Positions 60,237-64,000 of a stretch of 64,000 bases of DNA are shown here, piece by piece. The notes under the pieces were generated by a model. The model was not told where the DNA came from. It saw only the letters and a list, made by a program, of their open reading frames with translations, and made no database searches. Each line of letters begins with the position of its first letter. The stretch's first letter is position 1. The stretch spans positions 31,218-95,217 of the forward strand of contig CAWIHU010000009.1 in NCBI GenBank assembly GCA_963836095.1, written 5' to 3'. The translations under genes and the position numbers were made by a program. Source of the DNA: an uncultured Pseudomonadota bacterium. GTDB lineage: Bacteria; Pseudomonadota; Alphaproteobacteria; Rhizobiales; Xanthobacteraceae.

Positions 60237-60656
60237 TCAAACCGCGCAGCGGCGGAAAACGTGCGCCAACCGCGGCGCGGAAATCGGGCTGAAGGCGGCG
60301 TCGCAGCCGAGCGGTATTTGCGCACGGGTTCGCGGGTGCGCGGGCGCCGGCTGGCTTTCATCAGACAAAGGAGCTGCCAAAGGAGCTGCCAAAGGGGCTG
60401 CCAAAGGGGCTGTGGTGGGATGGACGCTGACCGGCAGCCGGTCACCCTTGAGCGCGCGGTCGACCGACAAGGCAGGGGTCGCCGAGAGTCCCGCACCCGT
60501 CAGTCCTGCAGTCGTGGGCCAGGCCGGAAACGTGATCAGCGCCGCGGCGAACAACGACAACGAAATCAGTCCGATTGCACTGACCACAGCGCCCGCCACG
60601 GCGCCCGCGGCCGTACCCAAGGATTTACCGGACAAAACAAACGATACCACGCTCAT
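60237..60656 (-). CDS. Secreted/membrane-anchored protein of unknown function (KGDRLP motif, C-terminal Cys pair)
   Basis: ATG at 60656 lies 7 nt after GGAGCG. It has an N-terminal hydrophobic segment, the motif SVDRALKGDRLPV, an (AAPL)4 repeat, and the C-terminus GCDAAFSPISAPRLAHVFRRCAV. It resembles a family of small Bradyrhizobiaceae hypothetical proteins, from memory. Confidence 0.65.
   Translation of the reverse strand: MSVVSFVLSGKSLGTAAGAVAGAVVSAIGLISLSLFAAALITFPAWPTTAGLTGAGLSATPALSVDRALKGDRLPVSVHPTTAPLAAPLAAPLAAPLSDESQPAPAHPRTRAQIPLGCDAAFSPISAPRLAHVFRRCAV
60366..60413 (-). repeat. 12-bp in-frame tandem repeat x4 inside the KGDRLP-motif gene
   Basis: Plus strand caaaggagctgc x2, caaaggggctgc, caaaggggctgt. 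It encodes APLAAPLAAPLAAPL. Confidence 0.9.
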
Positions 60657-60842
60657 CGGAATCGCTCCGAAGCATCACAAGTCCCCCATGTCCCGAAAGC
60701 CCGAACCATTTGGTCCACGCCCGAAGAGAACGTGGAAACGCGGCGGCGGTTCCGCATGTGACGGCGGCAAAGGAGGCCGGCGCCGGCTATTCACAGCCGC
60801 GTGAAAAGCGGTGCGGGAGCTGCAATCGCGGGCTTTGGCGCC

Positions 60843-60867
60843 GGAACAAACCGGAGGGTAGCGGCTT
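60843..60867 (+). promoter_or_regulatory. EcfG (general-stress sigma factor)-type promoter candidate, near-consensus
   Basis: GGAAC (60843-60847), 16 nt spacer, GCTT (60864-60867), versus the consensus GGAAC-N16-CGTT. It also fits GGAAC-N18-TT. Confidence 0.35.
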
Positions 60868-60874
60868 AGTGTGG

Positions 60875-60963
60875 GGACCGGCCATCCTTTCCCCCCTCCC
60901 CCCGTGCTTGGCCGGCATCTTGGGCGCAGCCGATGGACCGATCGGCTGCGCCCTAATTTTTTT
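60875..60963 (+). ncRNA. Candidate GsrN-like small RNA (EcfG-dependent, C-rich loop) beside the phyR locus
   Basis: No ORF here. Stem CCGGCCA/TGGCCGG (60878-60884 / 60909-60915) closes a 24-nt loop UCCUUUCCCCCCUCCCCCCGUGCU. A perfect 13-bp terminator hairpin and U-tract follow. The 5' end is inferred from the upstream promoter-like motif. Confidence 0.45.
60922..60963 (+). terminator. Strong Rho-independent terminator (plus strand)
   Basis: GGGCGCAGCCGAT-GGACCG-ATCGGCTGCGCCC, a perfect 13-bp stem, followed by TAATTTTTTT. Confidence 0.85.
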
Positions 60964-60970
60964 GGAGGGA

Positions 60971-61060
60971 GTCATTCCGGGGCGCCGCCAACGGGTCCGG
61001 CCCGAAGTGGCCGGCCCGATGACAGGCTCCGCTCGCGCCTGCGGGGCGCCCCGGAATGAC
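60971..61060. repeat. REP-like palindromic intergenic element, family 3 (GTCATTCCGGGGCGCC...GGCGCCCCGGAATGAC)
   Basis: Perfect 16-bp terminal inverted repeat enclosing further GC-rich internal pairing. It lies downstream of phyR. Confidence 0.85.
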
Positions 61061-61103
61061 GGTAAGATGGCAAATCGCGCCGCCGCGACGGGCGACGCGG
61101 AGC

Positions 61104-61907
61104 TTACGCCGTCGGTTGCCGCTCGCGCTGGCGCGCCTTGCGGCCGAAGAACAGCGCCTGGCTGGCGACGGCCGAAACCACCGCAAGCTGGAACGGCTTG
61201 GCGATCAGGAAGGCCGGCTCGGGCCGCTGGCCGGTGAGGAAACGCTCCGGATAGGCGGTGATGAAGATCACCGGCACCTCGAAGCTGCCCAACAGTTCGT
61301 TGACGGCGTCGAGGCCGGAGCTGCCGTCGGCCAATTGAATATCGGCGAGGATCAGTCCGGGCCGCTTCTTGGCGGCGAGCGCCAGCGCCTCGGTATGGGT
61401 GCGCGCGACGCCGATGACCCGATGGCCGAGGCTCTCGATCAGCGCCTCGATATCCATGGCGATGAAGGTCTCGTCCTCGATGATGAGGACGTCGGTGGCG
61501 ATTTCGACAGCGAGTTCGCGGCCGGATTCCTCGACCAGTTCGCGCAGCATCGGCAGGTCGCAGTCGAGGATGTCGGCCGCGTCCTCCTCGGAAAAGCCCT
61601 CGAGCGCCACCAGGAGGAAGGCCTGGCGCGGGCGCGGCGTGATCTGGGTCAGATGGCGTTCCGGCGCCAGGTTCGGCTCAGCGGTGTCGGCCTCGCCGTT
61701 CATCGGCACCGAATTCCAGATCTTGGTGAACAGGCGGTAGAGCGCCACCCGCGGATTAGGTCCTGAATCCAATAGCTTGGGGCTCGCAATCAGCGATTCC
61801 ACCGCGGCCGCCACATAGGCGTCGCCGGACGACTGGCTGCCCGATAAGGCGCGGGCGTAGCGGCGCAAAAACGGCAGATGCTGAATGACGGCTTGCGAGG
61901 TCGACAC
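61104..61907 (-). CDS. phyR: Anti-anti-sigma factor / response regulator PhyR (ECF-sigma-like domain plus receiver)
   Basis: GTG at 61907 follows GGGGAGGG. MSTSQAVIQHLPFLRRYARALSGSQSSGDAYV, then a receiver domain (VLIIEDETFIAMDIEALIESLGH...ILADIQLADGSSG). Confidence 0.95.
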   Translation of the reverse strand: MSTSQAVIQHLPFLRRYARALSGSQSSGDAYVAAAVESLIASPKLLDSGPNPRVALYRLFTKIWNSVPMNGEADTAEPNLAPERHLTQITPRPRQAFLLVALEGFSEEDAADILDCDLPMLRELVEESGRELAVEIATDVLIIEDETFIAMDIEALIESLGHRVIGVARTHTEALALAAKKRPGLILADIQLADGSSGLDAVNELLGSFEVPVIFITAYPERFLTGQRPEPAFLIAKPFQLAVVSAVASQALFFGRKARQRERQPTA

Positions 61908-61948
61908 GGATAGACCCTCCCCTTCAGGTTCCCGAGGCTAAGGGCTAG

Positions 61949-61973
61949 AACGCCGCGGCGCAAACTAAGTTCC
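61949..61973 (-). promoter_or_regulatory. EcfG-dependent promoter of phyR (perfect consensus)
   Basis: On the minus strand: GGAAC-TTAGTTTGCGCCGCGG-CGTT (N16). The -10 element ends about 40 nt upstream of the phyR start. Confidence 0.75.
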
Positions 61974-61993
61974 AAAATCGGTAGAGGATGGCT

Positions 61994-62018
61994 GGAACCT
62001 TCGCCGGGGCCGCGCGTT
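61994..62018 (+). promoter_or_regulatory. EcfG-dependent promoter of nepR-ecfG (perfect consensus)
   Basis: GGAAC-CTTCGCCGGGGCCGCG-CGTT (N16). The -10 element ends 36 nt upstream of the nepR ATG. Confidence 0.75.
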
Positions 62019-62054
62019 GGTGAGATCGGCAGGGTAGGGCACGCCAGGAAAATC

Positions 62055-62333
62055 ATGGCACACGGTGGATCGGGGGACACGACAGACATGAAGAGCCGTA
62101 AGACAGCCAACATCGAGCCGGCGGCGGCCGAGGCCGACAAGCCGGAAGTCCAGGACGGGATGGGACGGACATCGACATCACGCAAGACCGAGGTCCGCCT
62201 CGGGCGCGAAATACAGGTCCGCATCGGCCAGCAATTGCGCGCCATGTACGACGACGTGGTCAATCAGGGCGTCCCGGACCACATCACCGATCTGGTCCGT
62301 CGTTTGAGCGAACAAGATGATGGGGCGAAATGA
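62055..62333 (+). CDS. nepR: Anti-sigma factor NepR
   Basis: ATG at 62055 follows AGGAAA. The conserved core reads IQVRIGQQLRAMYDDVVNQGVPDHITDLVRRL. The stop overlaps the ecfG ATG (ATGA). Confidence 0.85.
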   Translation: MAHGGSGDTTDMKSRKTANIEPAAAEADKPEVQDGMGRTSTSRKTEVRLGREIQVRIGQQLRAMYDDVVNQGVPDHITDLVRRLSEQDDGAK

Positions 62334-62878
62334 AGCTCGATCCAGCCATTCGCGACCAGGTTCTCGCCACGGTTCCTAGTCTGCGCGCGTTCGCGATATC
62401 GCTGTGCGGCAACATCGACCGCGCCGACGATCTGGTGCAGGAGACCCTGCTCCGCGCGCTCGCTCATATCGATTCATTCCAGCCCGGCACCAACATGCCG
62501 GCCTGGCTCTTCACCATCCTGCGCAATCTGTTCCGCTCGGAGTACCGCAAGCGGCGGCGCGAGGTGGAGGACGCCGACGGCCGCTACGCCGATACGCTGA
62601 AATCCCACCCCGAACAGACCGGACGGGTCGAATTCGAGGAATTTCGCGCCGCGCTGGCGCGGCTGCCTTCGGACCAGCGCGAGGCTTTGATCCTGGTCGG
62701 CGCCTCCGGCTTCTCCTACGAGGACGCGGCGAATATCTGCGGCTGCGCGGTCGGCACGATCAAGAGCCGCGTCAACCGCGCCCGCACGCGCCTCGCCGAC
62801 CTGCTGGCGATCGACAGCGTCGACGATTTCGGCCCCGACCGCGCCACCCGCGCCGTGCTGGCGGGGGGAAGAAATTAG
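62330..62878 (+). CDS. ecfG: ECF sigma factor EcfG (general stress response)
   Basis: 182 aa. Region 2 (DDLVQETLLRALAHIDSFQPGTNMPAWLFTILRNLF) and region 4 (EALILVGASGFSYEDAANICGCAVGTIKSRVNRAR). Confidence 0.9.
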   Translation: MKLDPAIRDQVLATVPSLRAFAISLCGNIDRADDLVQETLLRALAHIDSFQPGTNMPAWLFTILRNLFRSEYRKRRREVEDADGRYADTLKSHPEQTGRVEFEEFRAALARLPSDQREALILVGASGFSYEDAANICGCAVGTIKSRVNRARTRLADLLAIDSVDDFGPDRATRAVLAGGRN

Positions 62879-63000
62879 AACATCGTGTTGGTGTTGGCGG
62901 ATTGTTCTGGGACGTCTTGAATAACGTCCCAGTGTTCGACGATCTTGCCGGCAATCTGTGACCGTCTCAGACTTGTAAGTGCGTGCAGGCGGCGCTGCGA

Positions 63001-63117
63001 TTCTTACCGATCGGTAAGAATTTACTCAACGCGGTCAATCCAGACATATTCTTACCGATCAGGAAGAAAAATATTGAATCTCGTGCGCAAGCTCCATATC
63101 TTACCGATCGGTAAGAA
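63001..63117 (+). promoter_or_regulatory. Three copies of a 20-bp palindromic operator upstream of hipB
   Basis: TTCTTACCGATCGGTAAGAA (63001-63020, perfect palindrome), TTCTTACCGATCAGGAAGAA (63049-63068) and ATCTTACCGATCGGTAAGAA (63098-63117). Spacing is 48-49 bp. The last copy ends 11 nt before the hipB ATG. Confidence 0.6.
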
Positions 63118-63128
63118 CGGAGCCCGGC

Positions 63129-63356
63129 ATGGAGACCTTGGCAATCAAGACCGCGGCGGACCTGGGAAAGGCCGTCAGGCAGGCCCGCACGAGCGAACAT
63201 TTGACGCAGCGCCAGCTCGCTTTGTCGGTCGGCACCGGCGAGCGCTTCATCGTCGACCTCGAGGCGGGAAAGGAGACGGCGCGGCTCGGCCCTGCGTTGC
63301 GGGTGGCGGCCGCTTTGGGCCTGAAGCTCACGGCGGCCTACGAAGCCGACGGCTGA
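63129..63356 (+). CDS. hipB: XRE-family helix-turn-helix antitoxin (HipB-like)
   Basis: 75 aa. LGKAVRQARTSEHLTQRQLALSVGTGERFIVDLEAGKE is a Cro/C1 helix-turn-helix. It lies immediately upstream of the HipA-like ORF. Confidence 0.8.
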   Translation: METLAIKTAADLGKAVRQARTSEHLTQRQLALSVGTGERFIVDLEAGKETARLGPALRVAAALGLKLTAAYEADG

Positions 63357-63357
63357 C

Positions 63358-64000
63358 ATGCTCCCCGTTTATTTCGAAGATCGATTGGTCGGCGAGATCA
63401 GAGAAGCGGGTGCCGGCCTGTCGTTCGCCTATGATTCCGCATGGCGGGCCGGGCCGGACAATTTCGCCATCTCACTCACCATGCCGTTCCGATCGACTGA
63501 ATACGCCGCGGACATCGCAACCCCATGGTTCGCCAATCTGCTGCCCGAGGATCGCATCCTGGAGCAGACAGCGCGCCTGCTCGGGCGCAGTCAGGGTGAC
63601 GTTTACGGCCTGCTGGAAGAAATCGGCGCAGAAGCCGCCGGCGCACTGTCCATCGGCCGCGCGGAGCCGCCGGATCAAGCCGCGTACCGTACCTTGAGCG
63701 ACACTGAGCTAGCGGACGTCATCGATCGGTTGCCCGCAAGACCGCTGCTTGCCGGCGACGATGAAGTCACCATGTCGCTGGCCGGGGCGCAGACCAAGCT
63801 CGCGGTCGCGGTGTTCGACGGCAAGATTGCGCTTCCGCTGCACGGCGCCGCTTCGACCCATATCCTCAAGCCCGCGAGCGATCGGCTTTATGCGACGGTC
63901 GAGAACGAATTTTTCTGCATGCGGCTGGCGGCGGCTGCCGGTCTCGATGTCGCGGCGGCCGAGGCCCGCATGACCAACGGCCGCTCCTACCTTCTCGTCG
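63358..64000 (+). CDS. hipA: HipA-family serine/threonine kinase toxin, N-terminal part (3' end outside the window)
   Basis: ATG at 63358, one nt after the hipB stop, and open to the window edge (so absent from the ORF track). It begins MLPVYFEDRLVGEIREAGAGLSFAYDSAW and continues ...WFANLLPEDRILEQTARLLG...MSLAGAQTKLAV...HILKP. This matches the HipA N-terminal coupling domains. Confidence 0.85.
   Translation, partial: MLPVYFEDRLVGEIREAGAGLSFAYDSAWRAGPDNFAISLTMPFRSTEYAADIATPWFANLLPEDRILEQTARLLGRSQGDVYGLLEEIGAEAAGALSIGRAEPPDQAAYRTLSDTELADVIDRLPARPLLAGDDEVTMSLAGAQTKLAVAVFDGKIALPLHGAASTHILKPASDRLYATVENEFFCMRLAAAAGLDVAAAEARMTNGRSYLLV

Overview
GC-rich chromosomal segment whose gene content suggests a Bradyrhizobiaceae-like alphaproteobacterium (inference only, no search was run). 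I see about 60 protein genes, mostly core housekeeping, one tRNA-Thr(GGU), and no rRNA, CRISPR array, transposase or prophage. Recognisable blocks, left to right: (1) a symporter-domain hybrid sensor kinase flanked by two LuxR/FixJ response regulators; (2) hemA; (3) carD, fdxA and a SUV3-like helicase; (4) rpmB; (5) a nitrate-assimilation/NO-detoxification cluster, nasT-nasS then narK-globin-flavoprotein-nasC; (6) cobT and cobS; (7) aroK-aroB-corC; (8) xerD; (9) accA; (10) secA; (11) argJ and mutT; (12) an orphan Flp pilin; (13) grxC-nitrilase-DUF1178; (14) ubiG; (15) a five-gene branched-chain amino-acid type ABC transporter; (16) an HWE histidine kinase; (17) the general stress response core phyR / nepR-ecfG. 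The accessory content is small: an orphan VapB-like antitoxin, a HepT/MntA (HEPN/nucleotidyltransferase) toxin-antitoxin pair in a lower-GC islet, and a hipBA module at the right edge. I did not find a large undescribed multi-gene system. The most interesting signals are these. (a) An unannotated GsrN-like small RNA candidate beside phyR, with an EcfG-type promoter, a C-rich loop and a strong terminator. (b) About ten frameshifts, including in essential secA and accA, that all displace the frame by +1. That uniform signature suggests sequence error rather than gene decay. (c) Leader, operator and repeat structures at narK, hipBA, flp and fdxA-carD. All coordinates come from reading the sequence by eye and have not been checked by any search.
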